From the NCBI RefSeq assembly GCF_016433145.1, contig NC_058134.1, positions 97,280,924 to 97,344,923 of the forward strand: DNA of 64,000 nt, read 5' to 3'. Below the pieces are notes generated by a model. It had not been told where the DNA came from and searched no databases. It saw only the letters and a list, made by a program, of their open reading frames with translations. Position 1 is the stretch's first letter, and each line of letters opens with the position of its first letter. Below are positions 29,393-41,900 of this stretch, one piece after another. A program made the position numbers and the translations under genes. This DNA comes from Gracilinanus agilis. Its lineage: Eukaryota.

Positions 29393-32300
29393 TCAGGGCC
29401 TGAAGCGATGGTTATTGTGGCCTTGAGTTTTTCGAGGATCAAACCATTGCGATGATGAAGAATCTGGGTTTAGTAATAGTGGAGGCAAGAAGGCCTGACT
29501 CTTGATGAGCTCTGTGTACAGTCCACCTTTTCTCATGAGTTCCATGTGGGTTCCAACCTGAAAAAATCAGGAACACAGTGAGATATACAGTAAGTTACTC
29601 TAAGCTTTAGGGGGCTTGGGGAAGCAATCTAGAGCCCACGAAGGGACTCAATTCTTATAAACTCCTAATCTCATCATCACCTTCAGAGTCGGCTAACACT
29701 CAAGGACCCAATGTAACAGGCTAATTGGAGAGATTTGGGCAGGTGAAATCAAAAGAATCACTTGAAGGAAACAAAAACCCAGGGGTGATGCCCACCTCCA
29801 TTCAGGACCTGAGCATCCAGCACTCCCCTCCTCTAACTCCTTTGGACCCCAAGTATCAGAGCAGGGGTCGGCAATGTATGGCTCTTTCTGTAGGAGCCAT
29901 AAAGTCAATTTTTTTTCAGGTGCTGTGACAGGAGCTCACACTGTGAGCACTGTACGGCTCTCACGAAATTACATTTTAAAAAATATGGCATTTATGGCTC
30001 TCACGGCCAAAAAGGTTGCCGACCTGTCCCAGAGGAACCTTCACAGCTCCAGCCCCATGTAACTTTTGCCCAAATTAGAAATTCCTTCAAGTCCTTTAGG
30101 TTCTGTTAATTCCAACAGCAGGAAGGAGAAGGGATAATCTCAGGGCCAGCTATAGAAGCCTTCAGTCAGCTTCTATCTGAGTCTGAATAAATGTTCGGCT
30201 TCATAGTTGCATTGTACAGCAGTCAATATTTCCACTCCTGGCCCTGGGGCTTTGATTCTGTATCCTGGCTTAGTGTTTTTGGAACCTGTGTGGTCTTGGT
30301 ATCTCTGCTTTCCTAGACCTGGTGAGCTAGTGAGCTAGGTGTGGTAGAAGTGAATGATGGATTTGGGGTCAAGAGGTCCAAGCTTCTGAACCTTGTTTTA
30401 TATGCTCTGTGTGGCCCAAGAAAAATTACATCATGTCTCGAGGTCTCAGTTTCCTTATCTGTAAAATCAGGGGAGCAGACTAGATGATCTCTTGCTAACT
30501 CTAGATCTTACAGTAGATCTAGATTCAAGGTCATATGGATATTGAGATTCAGTGCCCCACTCTCATCTGCCTGCCTCAAAAACTTGAAGTTAAAGATATT
30601 AAAATTTTCTTCCTCAGCTATTATCCTGTCAGTCTTATAGCAACCTCACAGGATAGGCAGGCTCTTAGAATCTCTGTTCAAATATGTTTTGTGTGATAAC
30701 ATGTATAACCCAGACTGAATTGCTTGCCAGCTTGGGAGGAGGTAGAGACAGATAGTTTGGATCATATAACTTCAGAAAACTAACACAGACATTTGTTATT
30801 ACATGTAATTCACAAAAAAAAATTAGTTCATTAATTAATTAAAAAAAAAGAAGAAGAATCTCTGTTCTAGGCAGAGAGGTTTAAAGTGATCTGTAAAAAG
30901 TCTTCCAGCTAACCAAGAATGGAGCTAAGAACTCTGTAGTTGTCTCCTCATTGTACCACACTGTAATGCTGACCTCAAGGCCTCTATCTACTATCATGTT
31001 ACCTGGTGTTCTCCCACCATCCTACTGCCAGCCTGGGCAAAGTTTGGGCCTCCCCTATAATCTGTCCTTCCCTCTACTCTTCCCAAACCAGTTACCAGCT
31101 GACCTCCTTGACGCAGCCTTGGGCCATCACAACAATCTTATGGGCAGCCCGGACTGTGCTGAGGCGGTGGGCAATGACTAGCACCGTTCGGCCAGTACTG
31201 GCCCGGTCCAGGGCCTCCTGTACAACCCGCTCAGACTCTCCATCCAGTGCACTTGTGGCCTCATCCAGGATCAACACCTTGGGCTGTTTGATAAGAGCCC
31301 GGGCAATGGCCACACGCTGCTTCTGGCCCCCCGAGAGGGTTGTGCCTCGCTCACCTGGGAGGTAGAAGTAGAAGAGGACACAGGGAAAAGAAAGGGTCAA
31401 AACACCAACAGATATTGCTTTTGATTGCATGCTTGACCAAAGACAGCACTTAAGACGGGCCATCTCTCCATAACACCTTTGCTTTCTTTCCCCAACCAGA
31501 CGGAACACTTGAGAGCAGAAACTGTCTTCCTTCCCTTGTTACTTCCTCTGATAGCAACTAGCCCAAGGTTGAGTGCTCTGTTGTGTTGTGATGTGACTCT
31601 TCTGACTGTGTCATTCCAAGGGACCTTTTTTGGCCCCAAACTCCTGTTTTATCTCTTTTTTATTCAGTTTTGAAATGTTCTTCCCTTAGTGGTCCTGGGG
31701 TGGGGTGTCTAAGAATTTATGTAGGCTTATAACTTTTGGGGCATAATTCCAGATTGCTCTCCAAAACGGTTAGATCAGTTCACAGTTCCACCAATGTATT
31801 AATGTCCTCATTTTTTCACATTAACATCACTAATAGGTTTGTTTCCTAAGGTGATCAGGGAAAAGGAAAAAAAACCTTACGTGTTTTAAAACATTTATAG
31901 TGGCACTCTTTGAGATGGCAAAGAACTGGAAATTGAGGGGATGTCTATCAACTGGGGAATAGCTAAACAAGTTGTGGCATATAAGTGTGATGGAACACGA
32001 CTGTGCTATAAGAAATGACAAGGAAGTTAATTTTTTAAAAATGGAAAGACTTTGAAATTATGAAGAGCGAAATGAACAGGCAATGACTGCAAGAGTATAC
32101 AAGAATTAGCAAAACTATATGGTACTGGCTAAGAAATAGAAAGGTAGATCAGTGGAACATAATAGACATACAACCACCTTGTACTTGATAAAAGCATAGA
32201 TTTAGGTAAGATCTGGGATAATAAATCACTATTTGGTAAGAATTGTTGGGACAACTGAAAGTAGTTTGGCAGAAACTAGGTATCAGTTGGGGAATGGCTA

Positions 32301-32900
32301 AACAAATTCTGGTGTGTGATTGTGAAGGAATATTATTGTGCCACAAGAAACAATGACGAGCAGGCTAATTTTTTAAAAATTTGGAAAGAACTACATGGGA
32401 TAACGAACAGTAAAAATGAGTAGAACCAAGAGAACATCTATTGATTTAATACTTGAAGAATAACTTGGAAATGTTACCTCCAGAGAAAGAATTGAAAAGT
32501 GGAAACATGAAAGAAAAAATTTATATATACATATCTATCTCCCAGATGATGCTTTCTAGGATTTGGGGACAGAAGTGAGAGGCTGAGATACATAAATACA
32601 TTCTTTAATTAAAAAAAAAAAGAATGTACATGAAAAGTTTTACAATGAAGCTGAAAGATGAAGTATTTTAATGACCAATCTTAGTCCTAAAGCTCACTGC
32701 TCCTGGTAGATGGGTAGAGAAATAAAGGTGAGGAGGATAATGTTAAGTACTTGTTACTGTCTTGGCTTGGTTGGCTGGTTTTGCTTTATTTTCTTTGTTA
32801 GAAAGGAAGGCTCCATGAAAATGTGTGTGTGAGAAGTGGGGAGAGAGGGAGAGGAGAGAAAAAGAGAGAGCGAGAGAGCGAGAGAGCGAGAGAGCGAGAG

Positions 32901-32957
<57 letters not shown>

Positions 32958-35900
32958 TATATGGGGTATGTGTTGGGGAGGAGGGATGGAGGAGTCAATA
33001 TATCCAGAAATGACTCAAATAAATGTAAAAACAAAAGTTAAATTATACAAATTATTTCTTTAAAGATGTGAAATAATAGTAGGGCTGGGCATGAGAACTA
33101 GACCCATGATTTCACTGGATGAAGGAGCTTCCAGAGAGGAAATTATCTTTGTAACAACTATCCTTAGAGTTGCCTAGAGTGCTGAGAACATATAAGTAAT
33201 ATGCTTGGGTCACTTAGCCAATATGTGCCTGAGGAGAGACCTAAGCCCAGGTCTTCTTGGCTCCAAAGGCAGCTCCTTATCCACTCTGCCTCTATCGACA
33301 AAAAATAAATAAAACAAATTTTTTTGCTGGAATTTATGTAGCAGGTTAAGTTTGCAAAGTCTTTTATAAAGGTTGGTTTAACTAAGCCTCATAAAAATCC
33401 TAATATAATTGGCATTAGACCCAGGGGTCAAGTGACTTGTCTGAGTACACCCAGCTGGTGAGTTTCAGAAGCAAGGTTCCAACTTCAGTTTGCCTACAGA
33501 GGCTGAGTGCTGATAACCTTTCCTCCTCATGAGAGCAGGATTCTAGGATGAACTGGAGAATCCCGAGGCAGAATCCAAAGAAAGAACTTGAGCCCAGCAA
33601 ATGAGCATAAAGAGACTTTCTGGAATGTATTCAGTTGAGAAATGATATCAATGACCCCATCATTTGGGAAACACAGGAACACATCCATTGTGTTCAAGTT
33701 GCTGCAGAAAATGGGATGAAGGGGCTGGACATATGCCTCCCAATTGGGAGAGCACCTCGATAAATCACTAGGGGCCTCTTCAGTTTGTGCTTTGGAAAAA
33801 GGACTCCCCCTGAGCAGTGCATTTGGAACACTGGCAATGCTTAGCTTCCAAGTGACCTTGATTGGATGACTGGGGGGGGGGCATTAGATCTGATATTCTC
33901 TGCCCAGGATTTTTTGGCAATACATTGACCCTATTTTTAAAATTCAGCTTTTGTGCTAAGTGCCATTCATTTGAGTACCTCCTTATTATGTACAGGGTAT
34001 ATAGTAGGAATAACTTCAGAACTGAGTAAGGAGCTGGAGCAGAAGGGTTAGACTGAAAGAAGGAAGTTTGCTCCCCTGGTAAGCCAGGCTGCCCTCCTCC
34101 TTTAGGTAAACAGGTCAAAAAAGATGGAAGTGAAGGAGCATCAAGTCTCCTAGAAAGAAAGGTGGACACCATTCTCATGTCTTCAGGTCAGTCATTTGCT
34201 CCTCTTAGTCCATTAGGATGCCCTTTCTAAAAATCCTATCTCAATTCCTTCCCAATTCTGTTTCAGCTCTTGTACCTTGGCCTCTGGTGTGATGAAGATG
34301 CTACTTAAACTCCTTTAGTGATTCCAGTTGTGTTCCCAGACTAAATCCTGCAGTCTCCCTGACTTCAGGTTCAGTAACCTCATTTCTTTGAACCATGGTT
34401 TTTGTTTTGTTTTTAAAATTCTAATCTGTTATAATTTTGAACAATCGTTAGAATCTTCTTTCAGATATTTCTCTGAAGCTGGAGAACCCAGATCTGGTCA
34501 AAGAACTGACAGGATATGATCACTCAGTTTCTACATGGTTTATTTGTTTTTTTAAATGCAGTCCCATGGCCTGGCTTCTTCAGTGACAGCCCTGCATGGA
34601 ATTCACCTGGGACTTCTAGAACATTTTCAGTCGTACCAGCTCATGGGTCAATTATTGTCTACGTGGCAGAATTAAGATTGTTCTTCTCAAATATTCCCCT
34701 CTGCCCTTGACCCTTCAAATCTTTTAGTATGGTTTTGGAACTTTCTTCATGGCCTTAGCTGGCATTCACATTGTGACTCTGAGACAGGAGAGCAAGTCCA
34801 ATCGTGGATAGAAGGGAAGAAACAATGATCCTACTTACCCACAACAGTGTTATAGCCGTCGGGGAAGCTGCAAATGAAATTATGGGCATTAGCTTCCTTG
34901 GCAGCCTTGTAGACTTCTTCATCAGTGGCATCCAGCTTCCCTAGGCGGATGTTCTCCATGATGGTTGTAGCAAATAGGATGGGTTCCTAGGGAGTAATGG
35001 AAGATCACTGAGGAGCTCACTGTCACCATTCCCTCCTCAAGGCTCACCTGTCCCTGCCCCTCTGGCTCTTCTCTGCCCAATGGTTTCCCCAGAATTGTTG
35101 GGGTTGACACAGCTAGTAAAGAGAAAGTATTTTGGCTAAGAAGGGACTTAGGAAACTCTGAAGAAGCCACCTGAGGGAGAGGATGGTTAGAGTCAGCCAG
35201 AACTATAAAGGTCTTGAGGTAGAAAAGCAAGGCCTCTGAAAGATGGCAGGGTAGGGGGATGACCTTCCACAGGGGCATGGCAGGAATGCTGGGACTCTCT
35301 GAGAGGAGCCACCCAGTGAGTGATTCTTTCTGTCTGGTTCCCACTGAATTGAGGTGGAGTTCAGGCACTAGACTCTGGCCTGGCTGGCAAGGAGCCCTTT
35401 ATCATCATATCATTTACAAGATGCTAAGGTAAAAACAATCAATGTCTTAATTCTAGCACCTTAAACCCAAACCACTGCCCATAGCCATGAGGAAGGAGTC
35501 CTAGGGACTGTAGCTGAAGCCTTGAGGGGTTGCCCATAGTAAATATAGGGAGAGAGCAGTAATGTGAATAGAATGCCAGGCCTGGAATTGGGAGGACCTG
35601 GGTTGAAATCTGGCTTCAGACTCTTCCTAGATGAGTGACCCTGGGCAAGTCACTTAACTTCATTTGCCTGGTCCTTGCCCTTTGGAGTTGTTAATAGGAC
35701 AGAGAGTAAGGATTAAAAAAAAAGAAAGTAAATGGGGGGGGGGGGCAGTGGAAATTCAGGATGGTGATTTTACCTTCCAGACAAGGAAACTAACTACTTC
35801 TACCTAGGCAGGTCAGCACTTAGGAGCCTGAGAGAGTTGCCCAGGGTAGAAGCGACAAACATGTGGTCAATTACACTCAAATCAGATTAAAATGTCATAG

Positions 35901-38900
35901 GAAAATATTCAACAAAATAAATAGAAATACAATAAAACATAGATAATGTGAACATGTTGTTTTCCAAGTCAGTATGCAGCCCACAGGGATCCTTCTATAT
36001 GCTTTAGTGACTTTTCTTTCTTTTTGAGTTTGACCCCCAATGGTCTAGAACCCTGAGAGGTTAAGTGACTTGCCCAGGGTCACACAGCAGGGCAGGTGAG
36101 GGGCAGGACTATTGTGAAGTATAATCCACAGTAATGACCATAGGCTTTTTCCAAACCTCCTGACTAGAACTGGCTATTTTGTGATATAATTTCAAGGAGC
36201 CCAGAAAGCCTCCCTTATCCTCCAAGACACTTGTTCCCTGGAGCCCGAATGGGATGAAATCTTTCATTCCACAATGAGAGAAAACATAAAATACCTACAG
36301 CCCTGGGAGGGTGAACACAGGGCTTCTATTCACCTAAATGTGTAAATGACTGAACCTGAGATTTTCCTGAGAACATTAGGGTAACAAGGAAAAACAAGAG
36401 AACATCATCTTTCTTAAGGGACAGGGGCAAAGAGGGTGTATAAGGAAGAGCCCAGTAGAGCCAGGATTTCACATTTTGGGAAGTGGCAGGCCATGATACT
36501 GGAATCAGAGCATCAGTGATGACAGTTGCTTCTACCTTCCTGGGTTCCTCACTCCCAGCCCTACTGGTTTAGCCTCTCTTTCACCTGGCTTATGAAGCCA
36601 ATGACTTGACCCCGGAGCCAAGATGGATCTAGGGTTCGAAGGTCCTGCTCATCCAAAGTCACTGTTCCTTCTGTGGGGTCATAGAACCGTTCGAGCAGGG
36701 ATGCCACCGTAGACTTTCCTGGGGAGACAGAGGGGTCAGGGAAAGAGATTAGGAGGTCAGGAGGCCCTTTTTGGGAAGACAGGGATATAAAAGAAAGCCT
36801 CTGAGAAGAAGTAGTCCTAGATTGGGAGTGAGGACCCGGGCTCTCAGGAAGAATGGGAGATGGGGCATGGGTTCTACCTCCTGGAGAATGTTCAGGATGG
36901 TTAAGGGCTAGCATATACTTACCTCCCCCGGACTGTCCCACAAGGGCCACCATCTGGCCAGGAGGCAGCTTCAGGTTGAAGTTCTTGAGCACAACAAAAT
37001 CTGGCCGGCAGGGATAACTGGAAAAGGGAATGGGGGTGAAAAGTAGACAGGGGCTCTAGGGGTCTCAATAATCTTCATCAGATTTAGGGAGCAGAGGCCA
37101 GGTGATGGAAACAAGATCTACCTCTTCCAGGGCCTCTATCTATTCAAAGGGGTTAAAGGGACCCAGAAAATAATATCTCACAAAAAAAAAAAGAAAAAAG
37201 AAAGCCCAGAATACCCAATCACAAAGGTTCCCCCCCCCCCCCAGGAGAAGCTCTATATACAAAAGGCGTCACACATTGACTATTTTCCCATCTCTGGCCC
37301 CAAGTGTCCTATGTGCTGACCTGAAGGAGACATTCTCAAAAGTGATAGCACCTCGGAGTTCAGTCTGTGGAATGTAGCAGCCCCCATGCAGTGGAATTTC
37401 TGGGATCAGAGTCATATACTCAAAGACCCGGGCCCCAGAGCTAAACCCTCGAACCACCTATAGGAAGAAAAATATAGGAAGAGATAAGGAGGTGGGGAAT
37501 GGGTGGAAAACAGGTAGTGAGGGTTCACCAAACTCAGAATCCATAATCTCTCCCCAAGGAGAAACCCATGACACCTTTGTGTCTCAGAGATGCTGATGCC
37601 TCTGGGGGATCTAGCATAGGTTACTACTTTTCCCTTTAGCCAGACTAGAGTCAGGTGTGTCTGCCTCCCCCACTCCTCCAATGCCGGTGCTTTGTGGAAA
37701 TGATCCAAACTTCTCAGTGTCTAACAATAACTGCACACTTCGAGATCTCCATGACTCCACTTCAACTCACCTGACCAAACAGAACAGAGAGATTGGCCAT
37801 GGACCTGTAGGGAGAAAAAGAGAAACAGAGAATGGCCAAGTGAGGTGGGAACATAATTCATAACAACCACATCACATTTCTATAGTCCTTATTATGAGCC
37901 AGGCATTGTACTAAGTGCTTTATAATAATTATCTCATTTAATCTTCCCAATATCCCAGGTAAGTAGGTGCTATTATTATTCCCATTTTACAGATGAGGAA
38001 ATTGCAGCAAAGAGAAGTCAAATGATTTGCCCATGGTCTCATAGCTAGTATTTGAACTCTGGATCTTTTTGACTCTAGGCCCAGAGCTGTCTCCCCTGCA
38101 CTACCTAGCTGTCTCACAAAGAGTAGAGGCACAGAGCAAAAAAGTAATACTGATCAGAGAGGTGGAGATGTCATCTGGATATGGAGAAGTGGTGGTATAG
38201 AGCGGAGGGGTTAAAAATGGGAAAGGGAAAAAAAAAAGCACTTGGGAGGAAGATGAAGGGTTGGGATGCCCCTAAGCTAAAGTTTCTGAACTCCATAATT
38301 TTATTCTGTGCTGTGATTTGTCTATTATACCCCCATGGGTCCCTAGGCTATCCCTTTGGCTAGATTTTGGGAAAAGGGGGGAAATGGGAAGGAAGTGGGT
38401 GAAAGTGACCCAGTGAATGTTAAGGAGCAGCAGCAGGAGGGTGACTTTGTGAGTGGGAAGTGATAAACAAGGAGTCATAAATCAACAATTACTCTGGAAA
38501 GGAATCTGTGTGTCTCCAGTCCTGAAGAGTGGCAGGTCCAAATTTCACAGAGAAAGACTGACTTCATTAAGGGCAGCCAGACCCAGTGATCCCCCAGGGG
38601 GAGGGGAAAGCTGAAGAATAGCTCAGGGAGGGGAGTAGGTATAGAATCTGCCATGTTTCAGGTGCTCAAGAGAAGAACCTCTTGAATAAATGAGGAGTTT
38701 TTGGCAGGAAAGAGGGACGAGAGAAGAAAAAGACTGTCCTCTAGACTAAGTCAGCAAGCTATTAGAGACCTGGCAAAAGTCCAGGGCTCCCGTCTCCTTA
38801 GCATCTGCGGTGAGTGACCTTGCTTTCCCAAAAGGATGATCAATAGAAATAGGCAAGGAAATTTCCCACAGTGTCCAGCAGGGGGGGTAAGTTTCCAGCT

Positions 38901-41900
38901 GCCTGTCTCGTAGCCTTAGTCATTCAACAAATCCTTAGCTCAGATCCAAAGCCTCAGCACACTTTGTTCGAAGGTGGAATGAGAAAACGCCCTTGGCTTC
39001 TCCAGCCAAGACTCCAGTGTGTTTGCCCTTTCTGGGCCTCTCTCATCCTTTCTCTGGAACCACCCTGGCTCTGTTCCCCTCCCCTGTTAGAGTCTGGTCA
39101 GGTGCCTGCAGAAAGGGGGGACCCTCCACCCCCAAACCCTCCCTTGACTAAAGAGAACATGATAGCTCATTGAAAACTAACAGTAGTAGGTGGGAAGAGA
39201 CTCAGGAAGAACTCCAAAAGTCCCTAGTCTATAGGGCACTGGTGAGCACAGGGGCCTGGCTCTGCAAACATGGGTCAGTTTGTCCACTGAACTCTTCTTC
39301 ATTGTTCTGAGTCTTGGAAGAGGCCCCAAGTATGTGAGGGAAGAAAGTGCGGGCAGGCCTGCCTGAGAGAAAACCACCAAGGAGATGAGGTGTGGTGGGA
39401 TGGGGCTGCTATGACCCAGTAAAGCAAGTACAGGCCCAGTTTGGGGGATGTTCTTTAGGGGAGAAAACAAGTCTTTGAAATGCAGTGGCAGAATCCATTT
39501 TCAGGGATTATCAGAACAAATCTAGAAACCAAGCCATACACAGGGCAAAGATAAACCTGAGAGAGATTTAACTGGTGGCTTTCTATAGTTAGATAGTTGC
39601 ACAGAGAAGAGAATGATCTGGTTCTTTGTTACTCTGGGCAGCAAAACTGTGGGATCATTGGGTAGACATGAGAAGGAGTTAGCCTTGGGATCTGTGTAAG
39701 GAAGAACTTTTGAAGAACCAGAACTGTTTAACATGAAATCGGGCCAGCCAGAAGGCAGTGATCTTCCTGGCACTGGAGGTACTCACATAGAGGCTGTTTC
39801 TGGCCCTAGGTGAAAGGCTAGACTAGATGGCTTCTAAGGTCTCTTCTAAGTTCTATGACTGCCTGAATGGCAGCTGTGTGTTAGTCTTCCAGAAAAAACT
39901 CAAGGTGCCTAGCTGAAGAAGGGTGCCTGCCATTGACACTGTAAAGCACAAAGAGATTTTGCTGGGTCTAAAAGACAAGCTGCTTGCATACCTCCACACC
40001 TAACAAAACAAACGTGGCTTTAGGTGTCCTTTGTCCCAAGGTAAAGCTCAGTGTAGGATGGGGCTGGGCAGGAGGCTCATATGCCCAGCTCCTTAGTTGA
40101 CCCTCACTCACCTCTGCACAGTCTGTGAGGCCACCAGGAAAGACATGAGATCCCCACCTGACAGCTTGTCTCCTGCCACCAGAGTACCTCCTATGAACAG
40201 AGTGCCCAGAACCATGCCTGCATGGGGGACATTGGATGAGAGGTCACCACAATGTGAGAACAGACAAAAGGTTTTCTGACAAAGTGGAATAAGCACTGAG
40301 CTGGGGAGGACTTGTTCCTAGTTCTGCCACTGATCTTGGGCAAACCATCCTCCAGGACCCCGCCTTGGTTTCCTTTTCTGTCAAATAAAGAGGCTGTTCT
40401 ATAGAAGGTCTGAAGTTCTTTGATTCTTAAGATTAAATAGATTGTCCACCTCCCCACCTTGTGATCTCCCCCATCAACCTTGTGAGGTTTATGACTATGC
40501 CCAGACAACCCTACATGCCCTCTTTCCTTCCTTAACTGTGTCACTCACAGTTGAGTGCAATGCTGGAGAGCCCCTGGAAGATAGCAATGCCTCTGCCCAG
40601 TTTCTCTGCCAGTCGGCACGACTCCTCCAGCTCTGCTCCATAATGCCTGGGATTCAGAAGTGGGGAGAGGAGAATGTACCCCACCACCAAGCAGGGAGGC
40701 CCTCCATACCCGCCTGGTCCCCTTGCCTCTCTGGGACTCACTCTTGTTCCTGTTGCTCCATGGCAAAGGCTCTCACAGTCCGCACATTGCCCAGGGCCTC
40801 ATCTGCCACACTTGTTGCCTTGGCAATCTGCAGGGAGACCTGGAGTTAAAGCCTGGGGAATATCTGACATCTAAAAATGAGTTGGTGGGGAGAGGAGTGT
40901 GGGAAGAATGAACAGTCAAGGGTAAAGCATGGGGAGGAATAGGTGTTAGGGGTTAAGGGAGGGTTGGGAGGTGACACTGGTACCTGCTCCTGGGACTTTC
41001 GAGAGAGCGTTCGGAGAATAGAGCCCAGCAGGGTGCCAGCCCCAACCAGTGTAGGGGTGACCAGCAACAATATAATTGTGAGGCGTGGGGACAACAGGGT
41101 CAGGGATACCAGGCAGCCTGCCAGCTGGGTACAGCTTCGGAGACCCTGGGAGGAGAGAAAGGAGAGGAAATAAATGGAATCAACACCATCAGTCAAAAGC
41201 ATTTAGTAAGGGTCAGCTGGTTAGCTTAGCTAATTAGAACACAGCTATTGAGGACAAGGTCACAGGTTCGATTTCTGGTGATGGCCAGTAAGCTTTTTTT
41301 GTTCTATAGCCATAAGCTACACCCCTAAACTCTCTAAAGCTGCCCTGCAAATATCTACCATATCTGTCCAAGGCAGAAGAGCTTCTGGATGGATACAAAA
41401 GGGTATGGATAAATTGATGCAAATTCAGTCCCATAAATAGGAAACAAATACAAGAGTATACAGTAGCCTGTGAATAGGGGTTCAGCCATTTTATATTAGA
41501 TTTACAGCACCTATTTCCATGTGTCATTATACCAGGTGCTAGCCATTATCTAAGGATACAGGTCAGTGCCAACCACAGACCAGCTGGTACCCTGCCCTCT
41601 AGGAGCTCAGTCTAAGCATAAAAGAGACTCAGATTTGAGGAGCATTCTTGACATGCTAGATCTGTATAATGAAGAGGACAAGGACAATCAGCTTGAGAAA
41701 TCCTCACTACAGATAACAGAGACCAGGGAAGCCCCTGCTCCTCATCTTCTGCACCTGGTAGGTTTCCTGAGGGTGGGATTTCCAAAGCAGTGAGGAAGAA
41801 CGTGCCCACATCATGTAGTCACTATTTCTGGCCTCTCATCACCCACAGCTTTCCCTTCTTCCTTTGCTCCCAAGGTAGACCCCTTGTTCTACCAGCTCTG

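Noticed and set aside
40828-40983. Other 3n-length introns (ABCB8 introns 3, 6 and 11; ASIC3 introns 5, 7 and 8; ATG9B intron 10; NOS3 62779-62961) as in-frame retention candidates
   Set aside because: Each contains an in-frame stop codon.
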